Positions 42,301 through 48,488 of a DNA stretch of 64,000 bases are shown here, in pieces. Both the position numbers and the translations under genes were made by a program. Every line of letters starts with the position of its first letter. Position 1 is the stretch's first letter. The notes beneath the pieces are model-generated. The model saw nothing but the letters and a program-made list of their open reading frames with translations, was not told the DNA's origin and made no database searches. Origin of the DNA: a virus; the IMG/VR virus record IMGVR_UViG_3300020448_000002, positions 32,001-96,000 of that record; one strand, given 5' to 3'.

Positions 42301-45300
42301 CACTAAGATTTACTTGTTCTCAAGATGATCATTTAACACAACATGATTATCCACGTCCTACTGATCCTGCAGCTAAGCATGTAATGGAAGTTAAGGCTAA
42401 AGATGATAATAGATTTGTAATTAACGTTGGTAAATCTCCACAAGACAAACGTTATGATCACTTATTTGTTAGTGGCGATGCTAATTCTATCACTAAGTCT
42501 AAGTATGTAATTACAAATTGTTCTGACGTTTACACAACTACAAACAACTTAATTGATATTCTTAGAGATACAATAACTCAAGCTGCTTTACCATCTCCTG
42601 TAGATCATCTTGCAACTATTACTGATCTTCTTCCAGTAGATGAATTTGTTGGTGGAACAATTCATTCATATCTTGAAGTACCATTCAAAATTACATATGA
42701 AGATGATGCATCAGAAATGGTATACACAGATAGAATTGATGTATTCAGTCGTTACAGATTCCGTGATGCTGCTAATTTAATTCGTCAAAATACAGGTGCT
42801 ATTGTAGATAAAGCATCTTATGATATGTTAATTCGCTACCCTGCTCTTTATCAGGATATGCCTAGAAACCAAGGTGGTACATCTACAGATGGAATCGAGC
42901 GTTGTAAGACTGACCTTACACAGGTTTGTGGTGGAGTTGCTAATGATATAGAAAATGGTGGTAATAAGAATGTTGTTACTGCTGCAGGATTCTACCTTGG
43001 TCAAAATAATGAAATTCAACATATTAGATTACAGTTACCACAATCAATATATGTTCATAACCGTTTAGTATACTACTTAAAGCAAGCAATAGATGGAAGT
43101 TTAACAACTGATAATACAGAAAATCTTATTGTTGGAGATTGGGGTATTACAAATGATGATAGTGTAACAACTTATGATGTATATGATGCATCTTATGACG
43201 CAGCAAGTGGTGATTTAGTGATGACTCTTGCATCAAATACTGGAACATTTAGTGTTAGTGGTGCAGTCTATAATCCAACATCAGGTGATTTAGTTCTTAC
43301 AATCGGAACTCATACTTTAACAACTAATGATAAGGTTGGAATTGCTGAGGAATCATTAGTATTCACTTGTGATTACAATGGTAATGGTAATCAAACTCAG
43401 AAGAGATATCCTAGATCATTTGGTGCTGGTACAACAAATGGTGCTGATTATGCATACAATCAATTCCTTGATATTACAGCAGTAAATCAATCTGGTGGAA
43501 CAATCACTGTTAACGTTAATGGTGGTCAAGGTGCTATTACAGATACCACAACTCATAACTTTGTTGTTACTCCATCTGCTACAAATGCAGTTACTGTTGG
43601 ACACGGATTTACTGCAGGAGATAGTTTACAGATTGCTAATGAGGGATTAACATTTACATGTTCAATGGACGGTAATGTTGCTAATAAAACATATCCTCGT
43701 GCAACTGATCCTGCATATGGTAAGTCACTTACAATTACAAATGCTACTGCTACAACAGTAACTGTTAATGTAGGAGCTTCTCCAGAAGTTAAGTATACTC
43801 CAACATTCGCAACATATACTGCTACAACTGGTGTATTAGTTCTTACTATTAGTAACCATAATTTAGAAGTTGGTCAACCAATTAAGATTAATCAAGGTGC
43901 ATTGAAGTTTACTTGTGCAATGGATGGAAATGAATCTATCAAATCTTATCCAAGAACTAGTGATCCATTCTACAACCAACCTATTGATATTACTGCAACT
44001 ACAGCAGATACTATTCAGTTAAACGTTGGGCAGAGTCCATTAGTTTTACACAACGTTTCTAATGCTACTTACGATCCTACTACAGGTGTAATGGTATTGA
44101 CAATAGGAGCTCATACTTTGACTGCAGGTACTAGCATTAAACTTGCTACTGAATCATTAGTCTTTACTTGCACATTAGATGGTAATACAATTCAGAAATC
44201 ATATCCTCGTGCTACTACTGCTAATACAGGAAGTGGTGCTGATTATGCATACGATACTGCAATCAATATTGATTCTGCAGATACAGCAGCAGGAACTATT
44301 ACTATCAACGTAAATGGTGGACAAGGTGCTATATCTGATACATCAGCACATACATTTGTTTCTGCTAATGCAGGTGCTGTAAGATCAGGTGGTGATTATG
44401 TTCATACATTCCATTCTGCAGAGACTGAATGTGTAATCTCAGGTGGTGAATATACTCACGTATGGGCAGGTGGTACTGCTACCGATGTAGTTAGTGTTAT
44501 CGGTGATTGTGCAGATGTTAAGAGTAATATCGAATCATTAATTAATACAGTTAATGATATTATTGCACCTACAGGTCTAGATTATGATACTGCAGGTAAT
44601 AGACTTTACTTTAACAGAGAACTTATTGCTTCAGATGTAACTTCTAGAATGTTAACTGAGTTTACATATCAAGCAGGTCCTACAACATACTTTGCATTCC
44701 AATTTGGTGGAACTAATATAACAGCAGCAGAATTCCAAGCAGATGTTGAGGTAGTTATTCAGAATCTAATATCTGATTTACAGACTGGTGGTAATAATAG
44801 TTCTATCAGGGCACTTGAAGAAACATATCTCAATGCAGATGGAACACTTCATAGAATTGAAGATATGCTTTTACCAACCGTTTATGGTATGGAAGTTCTT
44901 AAGGAAGCAGGTAGAGAAGCAATTAGAAATAACATATACAATGCATCAGAAAATATTCCTTTCGGTGGATATGTAACAAACGCTGCTCAAACACCTTTCA
45001 GAGATGATTTAGAGACTGTAGATATTGATCAAGTAATTGGAGATTGGAATAATCTTCTTGATCATGTAATTGAATTCTTCTCACCTGGCAAAAAAGAGGC
45101 TAGGAATGGTATGAAGAATATTCTTTATAATGTAAACTATTATAAGAATGAATTAAACAACCTTGTTAATACTCAGTTTGGTAATGGTGCTTGGGTTTAT
45201 AATGATTTTGTTGATGAGTTAGTTGGAAATATAGTTCAAGACTCTGTTACAACTCCTATAGATCATAAGACTACAGCAAGAAGACTAACTCTTACAGGTG

Positions 45301-48300
45301 TAAGTGGAGAATTTATAGTTGATCAAGTTATAACTGCTAATGGTGGTGGATACGCTAAGATTCTTGAATGGGATAGTAAAGATAGACATTTATATATCGG
45401 ACCTTTCCTTAGCGGTACAATTTCTGCAGGTGAAACTATTACTGGTAGCACTGCAGGTGCTGCGACTATTGCAACTGGAGGAGTTGGTATTCCATTTGAT
45501 TGGTATACACGACCATCAAACGTTGAAATTCTTAGAAATGCAAGATTAATTAGTTCTACTGTTCAAGATCAATTAATAGGTCAAAACGTTGGTTACAATT
45601 ATCCAGAAGATTTATCTAGTGGTAATACACTTACTGAAGTAACTATATCTACTGATAGTGCTGTTGCACCTGATAACGCAGTTACTGCTGATAAGATTGT
45701 TGCTTCAACTACTGTTGGTGAACATTTGTTGTTCAGAAATTATAGTTTAAGTGCATTTGAAACATTTGACGGTGGCACAGTTAGATTTGACTCATCAACA
45801 GAAACATTTGATACTGGACAAATAGGAACTACTGAATCACAGCAATTTACTTACTCTGTATTCTTAAAAGCAGGTGAGTATAGTAAAGTTCGTTTCGAGA
45901 TGGCTCTTGATAGAGATACTACTCAAAGACAGCAATTATTCTATGATATTGATTTAACAAATGGAACTACAGGTAGTATCTTCCAACCTCAAGGTGGTCT
46001 TACAGTAGATGCAACTGGAGTGATTCCTTATGGTGGAGGATGGTATAGAGCATACGGAACAATTACATGTTCATTTGGTTTCTCTCAACTTCGTCAACAA
46101 ATTCAAATTAAGAATGCTACTGGTCAAACTAGTTTTGCAGGTAATGCATCTGATGGTGTCTTTGCATGGGGTCTAAAACTTACTAAAGGAACTATTGATC
46201 CTTATGCTGCTACAAGTGGAGATGTATTCTACGCTGATACTGAATACAATATTAAGACATATACAATCGATAGATTAGAAGAATGGATGTATGATGCATT
46301 GAAAGATCAACTTGTTAATCCTTCTCCTAGTGCAGCGTTTACACCTTTCTTCAGCGATAGTGCATCTACTTATTATCATCCAGATTCAATTCAAAGATTA
46401 GTAAGATATAGTTTAGAAATTGTTCGTAATCAATTATTAAATAGCACTTACTATACTGATATTATTGTTCAGAATGGAATAACTGTTCCAACTAAAGATT
46501 ATGGAACATTCGACCTTCCAGTTGCTCTTGCAGGTGGTCTTGATGGTGCTGATTACTTATATGGTTTAGAAAGTGGATCATATGCTGAATTAGAGAAAGT
46601 TACTATAAACGAAGGTGAAGTTGTTCAAGTATATCAAAGATTCCGTATTGATAGTAATATTGTTGATGGTCCTTACTTCATGAATGAAGTTGTTCAAAAA
46701 CAAGGAGACTCAACTGTTACAGGTGTTGTATATGGATTCTATGAAGATGATAACTTTAAGTATCTTGATGTTGCAGTTACTGGTGGAACATTCGCAGTAT
46801 TAGATTATGTTGTTGGTGCAACTAATACAACAACTGCACAAATTAATGCTATTGAAGATAGAATACAAATCACTGATCTTGAAGGAGAATTTACTGATAA
46901 CATTCCATTCAAGGGATATGATACAGGTGAAACTGCAATCCCAACTGGATTCTTAAAAGCACAAGCTGCTGTTACTGACAATAGTGGTGGTAAATTAACT
47001 GTTGATACTGAAACTCTAATAGGTACATTTGAAACATCTGCTGTAATATATCCTGAGCAATCAAAATTATTCTTAGATGTTTCTAGGTATGAAGGATTAG
47101 ATGTATTGATTGGTTATAGAATTTCTTCTGCAGGGCATACAAGAATTGGTATTACAATTCAAAATAACAAGAACGTATTTACAGTTGGTAATAAACTCAA
47201 TAAGATTACTAACGGTGTTATTGATCCTAATAACTATGGTTATATTACTGAAGTTGATATTGATAATAATATTATTTACTACATCTTAGCAGCAGGATCT
47301 ATTACTAATGGTGATCAAGTTGGTGACTTTGGACCTGCACCTGATCCACTCAATCCATTAGGACACGCAGTAATTAATACTAAGTTAGATGTTGCAGGAG
47401 CTGCTAGTGCAGTAATTCAAGACATCAAAGATGTTGGTGTTAACAAACGATTCTATCTAACAAATGTAACAGGAACATTCAGTGGTAGAGATGGAATCTT
47501 TGGTAAGGATAATTATAAAGCATCAGTTATAACTAAGACTGATCTTAGAGGACGTGTTGAACGTGCATTCAGAGGATTTGATGGAACACAAACTAACTTT
47601 AAGTTAACCATCTCAAACGGAACCAAGTACTTCCCAGATCCTGCAGGACATATGTTGATCTTCATCAATGGTGTTCTACAACCACCAGGTTCAGCAAATG
47701 CTTATACAGCATTCTCAGATAACATCCAGTTTACTGAAGCACCTGATCTTGGAGCATCATTCACAGGATTCTATGTTGGTAAACTAAGACAATTAGATGA
47801 TATATCATTTGAGTTTGATTCATTACGTCAGTCATTCAACTTGAAACGTGACGATGTGTTCTACTCATTGACGCTGACTGATGGTGTTCAATCTTCTACA
47901 ATCTTACCAGAAAATAATATTATTGTTTCACTGAATGGTGTTATACAGGAACCAGGCGTTGGTTTTGAACTAGTTGGTTCTAGAATAATCTTCTCTGAAA
48001 TTCCTCGTGTAGGATCAACATTCGTTGCATTCTCATACGTTGGTTCTGAAGCAGACGTTGATGCTGCAGAAGTTGTACCACCAATAGAAGTGGGTGACTT
48101 CATTGACATCCAAGGTGAGACCGAAGATAGACAGGTTGCTGTTATCGAATCTTCTAACTCCTTGATTACATTTGATTATCTTGGATCTGTATTTGGACAG
48201 AATGCTTCAGCATCTGCTACTCTCACATCTGGAACTATTGATAGAGTTCAAGTAACATCTGGTGGATCTGGTTATACAACTAGACCAAATGTAAGAGTTG

Positions 48301-48485
48301 ACTCCATATCTGGATTCGATGGAAACATTCGTGCACTAGTTGGTGTTGCAGGTGTTGAAATTAGTAATGTTGGTTCTGGATATCAAAATCCTATAATCAA
48401 TGTTGAGACTTCAGTCCCAGATGACTGGACTGCTCCAGACTTAAGTCTATACGGAGAAGAGGGAGTTGACCCCGAAACCCCATAA
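24384..48485 (+). CDS. gp7: Giant (8033 aa) gp7-like baseplate wedge initiator/virion structural protein
   Basis: N-terminal P.FV..DYP.F..FL.YYY, KGT..S..YLFKLLYG, QDSYYYQDFSY...VHPA.FK.FG; lies between gp6 and gp8; carries YHYH-like, propeller-like and LamG-like domains and repeats. Confidence 0.75.
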   Translation: MTNINKVSQAVVSQTPDFVESDYPLFNRFLEYYYASQEKTGLGQNILNNFLGYLDIDKLDISILDGATKVREAITATSDRIVVESVDSFLEKNGTILVDGEVIFYESTTSSPNIALTPGVNYDQVKLKWDELASPLTSFDGTTSRFPLTSQSNPVGPPSAQHLIVRVYGDWLLPNVDYTIDGDHIVFTNPPRARVVADDASYTYITYLNGFVENQIVAMDNISGAFGENKRQFTITRNGVRYEPTVDEYCLAIYDNKLMIPKVDFFIDGDQFIFNTAPLNGRILSFYVIEAPIPSFGKDAVGFAQVDDAGTLTGITVNNTGSQYRFQYPPQVSVNSDTGSGASATALVNGVKTLSLLNGGFGYSETNPPVVQVESPTLDGSQQATLKATVTNGAVSSLEIVNSGSGYTFTPRITFRQPGGCTLGTGQILNGSISAVPPITYGGFGYTTAPVVYVDEPTGESPIRANIQATVLNGEVTALTILNAGQGYTSTPRIAIIDPVGAQVLETVIDTDGRVTSIELLDGGNGYEDVPSVYIVDNRLDDRGTFIGGTGATASASIFNGRITDINVTEFGSGYSQTTPPTVVIQAPPSADASASIGVNEVTGFNINQNGSGYTKAQFIGCARAASAITSYTESGNAVFTETTSAVAHSLDSPVKCLDALFVKRLLDKYTQQYLPDVPSLDYNTIDVRTAIKTIKDFYSCKGTSYSIAYLFKLLYGEQVNISYPKDQIIKPSAATWSIDTILRATIVSGDPANIRDGLLTQDADIADENIRAASALVENFISIKTSQTEIYELILSEETIDGTFIVPYKTKLAEPLNQTEGIITVDSTIGWPERNGEFLIGSSSDTAELIQYKEKSLNQFIECTRSVNNVVEDWDSATEVKSNFKVYVNKGTAQEVIMNVVGIVDAQQTTLTDTGSYYLPGDKLAISKLGGTDTSSELITWLYNVKKLIAITGITFGGINDQAATVTCANPHGLLVGDQVTIYGANPIIYNGTFLVTSRDSTTVFQYQLPQPGGVIPQGNILVSIDLNKGKSSSEQILTAIGSYTTNVQNTFFNDNYVYVASTGIPNYDIGPFPGSALLPGNQRKLNRFPRVAQTISTKNLINPGPVGTWVNGVSIWSYKSSLFKTFGAVTGITITNTGKDYDAASPPNITIAGGGGSGATGSVVVNGSLSEVEVLTGGSGYTSSPLVSIVGGNGSGAAATAIITKGVVSRILINSGGTGYTSQPSITIVGGGGTGATATANVRGPIQSISVDQGGASYTSKPTVTLSSGSGAVAQAIVQNGRIISIAIISAGSGYTTAPIISIQGDGFGAVARAGIDVDGENAGRVTSVQILNRGIGYIQGTTLINLTSVGQDALFTANVFQWTYNLQATSVLDTAKGGVFEGFNNQYGGEYAHLSNPQRLRYVLGDNLQEPTVGTIVEQAEQLNHSPIVGWAFDGNPIYGPYGYADPTDQASAINRLNSSYKLKTELVYDVVTNPYPSRTAGPLLTEEAAGNFVEDYEYVFGLGDLDQYNGRFCKTPEFPAGRYCYFVTIDTTEQGNAVFPYVLGPSFNSVVDTWNLTDGATQQNIPTGVVRYRDPYENVDIDVERAPNASTNALTTEDGELLLFEVEDENRDAVISQDEIDDPDQIFEEAPLQLFDYFPKVKFDSKVDIEVETITKFEDASVTGFTVENPGTSYQVNDRLVFDNTDTDGTGVSARVSHIKGEAVSTYGYESIGGINYGVLKTTTPHNLSVGDQVVVDYTPIMNNTNKTFVVKQIKGVEEIVIDQQGSGYNSELPPTIILDGDGTGAALEAVVTTVGSIASVTITNSGQNYTTNPRVILSHPQIYKKADYYISKIANEDYVKVNDVFVNDAKEIFICGKTKDSFGYTIGFLAKLSATGVKDWEKTLKSTDGQQEVEFERILIDGQDIYVAGHNKPNASILEAYNPDVILCKYTQAENGLSATLQYQKAYAGISGSTRSDNISAIAKYSDTRFVLGGFTNTNSGNPFDAYIAVVDTLGNFAVKRKITSVNVSEKVTDLLVNGTDIYYTLEIATSPNATSVDTGIGKATVGTSAITLVWTKQLTNTLYSFMDTSLTVDEFSELYLTATTRLKADNTTKDGFWIGKLNTEGVFLWNYRYAVTGGYTVNVAKRTHIDIFGDLNIALNKYQNTDGELTVDVIKVGYNGIIKSQTNNKFNLNNVEGVTAHTLFPDSSGDVHVYGQTSWNRNELLIPFTSGATTDVTGHYTATFVGDGNSLQYDTSNGYAKLLGKDSTTPSTWVNSVIQVNGSDLTTKMTGDWTIEFMLFKDAANNNNTHSQTQQTLIAIGDATLSTGGLWLYYDIASGEMQLVVTANGTALNSASGSLQSTVTTMFADNTWQFVALTKSAGQFTAYVNGIQVLQGTIDNTAFQNQNLYIGNIPGKSGTLNQFRSNEQGQYHVDNLRVRNRAVTPTVPNDVTNYPIAGEFSEGFTWTDTSWFSTYTNKYDYIDYVGWGLKVDKNSDAARLGTQTVQTNTQVGFVRTAIAIQTGSELTVNNTGFGLAEAGFQNLDFDDADTTMTQDSDSLTYVQDVWSSRTATVPSPGSQKLRVTAVVKDRYYFKVTPTIKIDNIQELTLNQQFRFTTGTKLVLRSSSGSFINSGYIIRQNSVGNKIYLAVNNNAWSNDLNTGELSTEQFNEQSTYGIVGPIPADINELIFTFPLLNNTTPGTFDIDLNNFNHPEGGSNNLDELTNFKPYTDDDYSIRIDEVSGGSPYIVGSVVNINSGDISFNAAYTTAQIINLTGVLKITLVATLKKIIQVTGVANSDEVYIVTGNSHYLTEGEMVNIDGNPSQTVDSVVYDEYDGAFPVHTVVSPVEFTYKLPSAAITAPATSSGSVNIYVKSPVLKMYYGHQYLFDVSHSSMAGGNLSFSKDNLYKLEYSFNSIERVGTPGITGQGVANPTVKLKVDSDIVTNISYYFDPSRTGDDSPVIKASYLDVVNSPYVGNFTISSTSGATITRGADTFKFPLANEPEGIADVINTSYSTSSLKAVGSISDIRIVNGGGFYTRLPVVTTIQSSRQIERVQIDSPGTEYAVGVYNSVPIAGDGEGGFVSITVADGTDDEGVTIPGQIQSVVVTSPGKGYTTASIDVESISGILGAGLTGSGVDLNVVIPPAGTGASIFTKGTKVGKIKKLQNNNFGYDYPHDYTLRPEISFPINAQLTSTSILDSITVTDPGSGYSQAPTVVITGGGGANATAEASIKNGRLDDIIVKDPGSGYSSAPTVALRSSFNYVVNLDLGLLQFAFPHGIVNGSEVTLTVTDTGDGAEFPLAAGAIGRLNSTNTYYAIAGTANSLEENQLKIAITAANAALGDSISFVNAGTGRQTILTESFGGAATANVITSTFLEGELVYQGDSLDAATASGYVSTNQGWQVGPRIIKIVDYTGNFNANERITGVISKSSGVISDLKIARGVLEIGSITKTTGQFIDDIGKPSEIIQKIQDSYYYQDFSYAVKSAVSIGEWKEILLKNVHPASFKVFGELNLSDYGQIPNKETDFQITKAVELAREAIVPNIQSFSLVEPVYSQFNNSEVLFRQKRLTSSENILTSVVQRIDDISNEFDGVKTQFQLKVNGENVVANANQLMIILNGVAQTPETSFNIQGDSIVFSQPPQPPASIKYVNVTIEQITISVLEFTNISGIFPIKGNTMTGQTSGTRFTVTTVVGQTVQGFFVEGTAFLADELVSNSATGFIANYASVSTLSNLGLFVFGEQVSNLTGETAKVEAINLAGGSEAPLGQLRYGIGPSTASVEVVAAKTVSTDPDTAPVAGTFTVSGNYQIGSEIVTVTNITTNNDSVTLEITRGQLGTTAATQAEDGPVYATTVLVNDKLTLSKTTGTYQSTPGLFDLALNDVIIGAQSGVVARLTATSTYQDPTTNEFIGQVNISEGSSFFGLLFNRVTSITYPNIVLDDISLSTISVVDYTDYVTDIDSQFPANEFISQIVIPYDNASGKLSVGEKIRNYKLDYGNNVGTFNSGESGKSRKLSFKDKVGTGLFSTGDTIRTRDTKAEVIGFNFSGNTIYLGKIGRSLRGGADYHQFNFSGSAQLDTSIKKFGDSSLQLDLATSDYIQIPASSEFTRGTGDYTIEFWVRLDAVSLADTKTLLDMRTSATEVALRIYLQAAQVRVNVNGSDIATSGGNALNNNVWYHLVIQRTGTTLKIISNGVEIGTGTDSSNYTLDRPIRIGADLSGLNPITAHIDEFRYSTVSRYDTLPFTSPNGIFQGDTDTKVLCHFDGADGATKTEDWSGGESFTKGEYVNNDSILTTYSSNPTAAPVGFNTKSHRYINAADLLLMNKEYLAQETVYIMKEVFPAHSVKGSEVDCEDDVRDVVDAIVEDLRNGSNHHMWKAASYYVNREVNPIQIVNVEDDVSMTVYVYEILDKLAKYIVNNVPWSTQGDHGVTQKFDTSITFDGYTTQTLTKFTPTAIDYHPSMGDMEITAASHGLAAPRTITATDSGYTATTGVLTIQSVGHSLETGDRIKFEPNSITMTCTCDGNTVSQSYPRDDDPANQGWLEVSKIDNDNFSVNVGTSPTVNFTATAADYDSNTGFLTMDIGDNDLRPGSKYTVSNAAYNPTSGVMTVSIGNDQYNVIDADYSPLSGDLEIFVMSHNLKTGQKVKIANDGLTFRCSQDDYATDHPYPRATDPARNTALEVIHVTDTSFTVNVGKSPIVTYDVSNATFNPNTGDMELTIGNHSLASGTSIRIATQSIGFTCTYGAGVHYYPRPLIDEHVPTNVAYNPTTGVVTFTVTQGHGIKNGDKVKIPDYTLTFTCDKDNNATEHRYPRPYDPISDKWIPVSNVQTTSFDVQVLDNAPSTNTSTHTFVSFTGVIQQKRDKSFEQSVAITGTTGTTITLNVGISSNTTTHTYSTSKAGAVITGGNYKHKFRSAVDNAITVEHGLYVGDRVMFDRDSLTFTCLEDSNATEHTYPRITDPYYNKWLPISNVTHTTFDVQVLSSTPSTNQTAHTFVRAKVNGLTRSGETLKLAKDALSFTCSQDNDATVHSYPRVDDSVYNTAIPIWSNGSTKMTAQSATYNTAEGLLIITILNHGLTVGTEIRLENNSLVFTCAKDGNKTEHSYPRPKDPYAARWLRIKAVTDHTFTVFIGEASSTGQFAHTFVRAVKDGIIKRDNTVTVNVGATPTKAYTPSAATYNASTGALELNIGSHSYPAPTQHTPTDVAYNPVSGVMTLTIAGHNFSNGEKIKIADNGIKLSCPYGGATGTAAQKDYPRSTDPVSNKWIPIFNVTTDTFDVQVLDSTPSTNVDTHTFVSAVTNCVSKANYTVKLAPDSLLMTCDMDSGATKHVYPRSNVATHTPSTGTSYNPVTGALTVSIPTESFTASAANYNVTTGACVLTISQNAGSYNVTGATYSPSVGTLVLTLGSHNLTTNDRIKITPESLRFTCDYNNDNNTTVHPYPRAAGAYNSTNSKADYAYDTWLDISAVTGTTITVNVNGGQGAITDISNHTFVGALDGAVQVGHGIVPGNKVKLAPNSLTFTCTLDGNSAQKSYPRATGANTTSGADYAYDKWLRVMDVGDNTITVNLNGGQGAISDTSAHTFVSATANGITLGHGMVAGTPIKIKDGGVIFRCAHDNNATLHPYPRSTDPASDKWLFIKNVSDTQFEVDILQGTTPTNTTTHTYAGSIDNCIVQGDPLVAQAIPIDAVTGNTITINALDGYTPSFTPNHTLDSVATSQFTPTNAVYNGTTGLMTITVQTANFQPSTVAYNAITGEMQMTIGTHSLAVGEEILIAPNSLTFTCDFNGDGNTTNKTYPRATGAATPSGADFAYNNQLVITDTTATTITVNVNGGGGAITDTTNHVFVSALADAVSVSHGIKNGEKIKIADNGITFTCTHDSNATNHPYPRVTDPASGRWLDVHNVTNTTFDVQVLDEIPSTNTTTHTFVSATTNAITRAIISTGGNYKHKFISGLTNGVRTGGDYTHTFVSATSNGIHVAGDSVYIDTNSLRFTCSQDDHLTQHDYPRPTDPAAKHVMEVKAKDDNRFVINVGKSPQDKRYDHLFVSGDANSITKSKYVITNCSDVYTTTNNLIDILRDTITQAALPSPVDHLATITDLLPVDEFVGGTIHSYLEVPFKITYEDDASEMVYTDRIDVFSRYRFRDAANLIRQNTGAIVDKASYDMLIRYPALYQDMPRNQGGTSTDGIERCKTDLTQVCGGVANDIENGGNKNVVTAAGFYLGQNNEIQHIRLQLPQSIYVHNRLVYYLKQAIDGSLTTDNTENLIVGDWGITNDDSVTTYDVYDASYDAASGDLVMTLASNTGTFSVSGAVYNPTSGDLVLTIGTHTLTTNDKVGIAEESLVFTCDYNGNGNQTQKRYPRSFGAGTTNGADYAYNQFLDITAVNQSGGTITVNVNGGQGAITDTTTHNFVVTPSATNAVTVGHGFTAGDSLQIANEGLTFTCSMDGNVANKTYPRATDPAYGKSLTITNATATTVTVNVGASPEVKYTPTFATYTATTGVLVLTISNHNLEVGQPIKINQGALKFTCAMDGNESIKSYPRTSDPFYNQPIDITATTADTIQLNVGQSPLVLHNVSNATYDPTTGVMVLTIGAHTLTAGTSIKLATESLVFTCTLDGNTIQKSYPRATTANTGSGADYAYDTAINIDSADTAAGTITINVNGGQGAISDTSAHTFVSANAGAVRSGGDYVHTFHSAETECVISGGEYTHVWAGGTATDVVSVIGDCADVKSNIESLINTVNDIIAPTGLDYDTAGNRLYFNRELIASDVTSRMLTEFTYQAGPTTYFAFQFGGTNITAAEFQADVEVVIQNLISDLQTGGNNSSIRALEETYLNADGTLHRIEDMLLPTVYGMEVLKEAGREAIRNNIYNASENIPFGGYVTNAAQTPFRDDLETVDIDQVIGDWNNLLDHVIEFFSPGKKEARNGMKNILYNVNYYKNELNNLVNTQFGNGAWVYNDFVDELVGNIVQDSVTTPIDHKTTARRLTLTGVSGEFIVDQVITANGGGYAKILEWDSKDRHLYIGPFLSGTISAGETITGSTAGAATIATGGVGIPFDWYTRPSNVEILRNARLISSTVQDQLIGQNVGYNYPEDLSSGNTLTEVTISTDSAVAPDNAVTADKIVASTTVGEHLLFRNYSLSAFETFDGGTVRFDSSTETFDTGQIGTTESQQFTYSVFLKAGEYSKVRFEMALDRDTTQRQQLFYDIDLTNGTTGSIFQPQGGLTVDATGVIPYGGGWYRAYGTITCSFGFSQLRQQIQIKNATGQTSFAGNASDGVFAWGLKLTKGTIDPYAATSGDVFYADTEYNIKTYTIDRLEEWMYDALKDQLVNPSPSAAFTPFFSDSASTYYHPDSIQRLVRYSLEIVRNQLLNSTYYTDIIVQNGITVPTKDYGTFDLPVALAGGLDGADYLYGLESGSYAELEKVTINEGEVVQVYQRFRIDSNIVDGPYFMNEVVQKQGDSTVTGVVYGFYEDDNFKYLDVAVTGGTFAVLDYVVGATNTTTAQINAIEDRIQITDLEGEFTDNIPFKGYDTGETAIPTGFLKAQAAVTDNSGGKLTVDTETLIGTFETSAVIYPEQSKLFLDVSRYEGLDVLIGYRISSAGHTRIGITIQNNKNVFTVGNKLNKITNGVIDPNNYGYITEVDIDNNIIYYILAAGSITNGDQVGDFGPAPDPLNPLGHAVINTKLDVAGAASAVIQDIKDVGVNKRFYLTNVTGTFSGRDGIFGKDNYKASVITKTDLRGRVERAFRGFDGTQTNFKLTISNGTKYFPDPAGHMLIFINGVLQPPGSANAYTAFSDNIQFTEAPDLGASFTGFYVGKLRQLDDISFEFDSLRQSFNLKRDDVFYSLTLTDGVQSSTILPENNIIVSLNGVIQEPGVGFELVGSRIIFSEIPRVGSTFVAFSYVGSEADVDAAEVVPPIEVGDFIDIQGETEDRQVAVIESSNSLITFDYLGSVFGQNASASATLTSGTIDRVQVTSGGSGYTTRPNVRVDSISGFDGNIRALVGVAGVEISNVGSGYQNPIINVETSVPDDWTAPDLSLYGEEGVDPETP
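37683..42497 (+). repeat. 15 nested copies of a ~100-aa YxxxxG...FTC...YPR..DP...HTFV domain
   Basis: 15 C...YPR cores with matching opening and closing segments in the translation. Confidence 0.85.
43167..44498 (+). repeat. 4 further nested copies of the same domain
   Basis: 4 FTC...YPR cores; stacked closing strands HTFVS/HTFHS/HVWAG. Confidence 0.85.
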
Positions 48486-48488
48486 ATA
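48481..48488 (+). promoter_or_regulatory. T4-type late promoter
   Basis: CATAAATA 22 nt before the ATG at 48511. Confidence 0.65.

Noticed and set aside
37683-44498. Repeats as DGR template/variable repeats or as an assembly artefact
   Set aside because: Copies are highly diverged at DNA level with no evident adenine-specific pattern, no reverse transcriptase is in the window, and the frame is intact with balanced nesting.
24384-48485. Intein or intron explaining the giant ORF
   Set aside because: No splice-junction motifs or LAGLIDADG/HNH signatures recognised.
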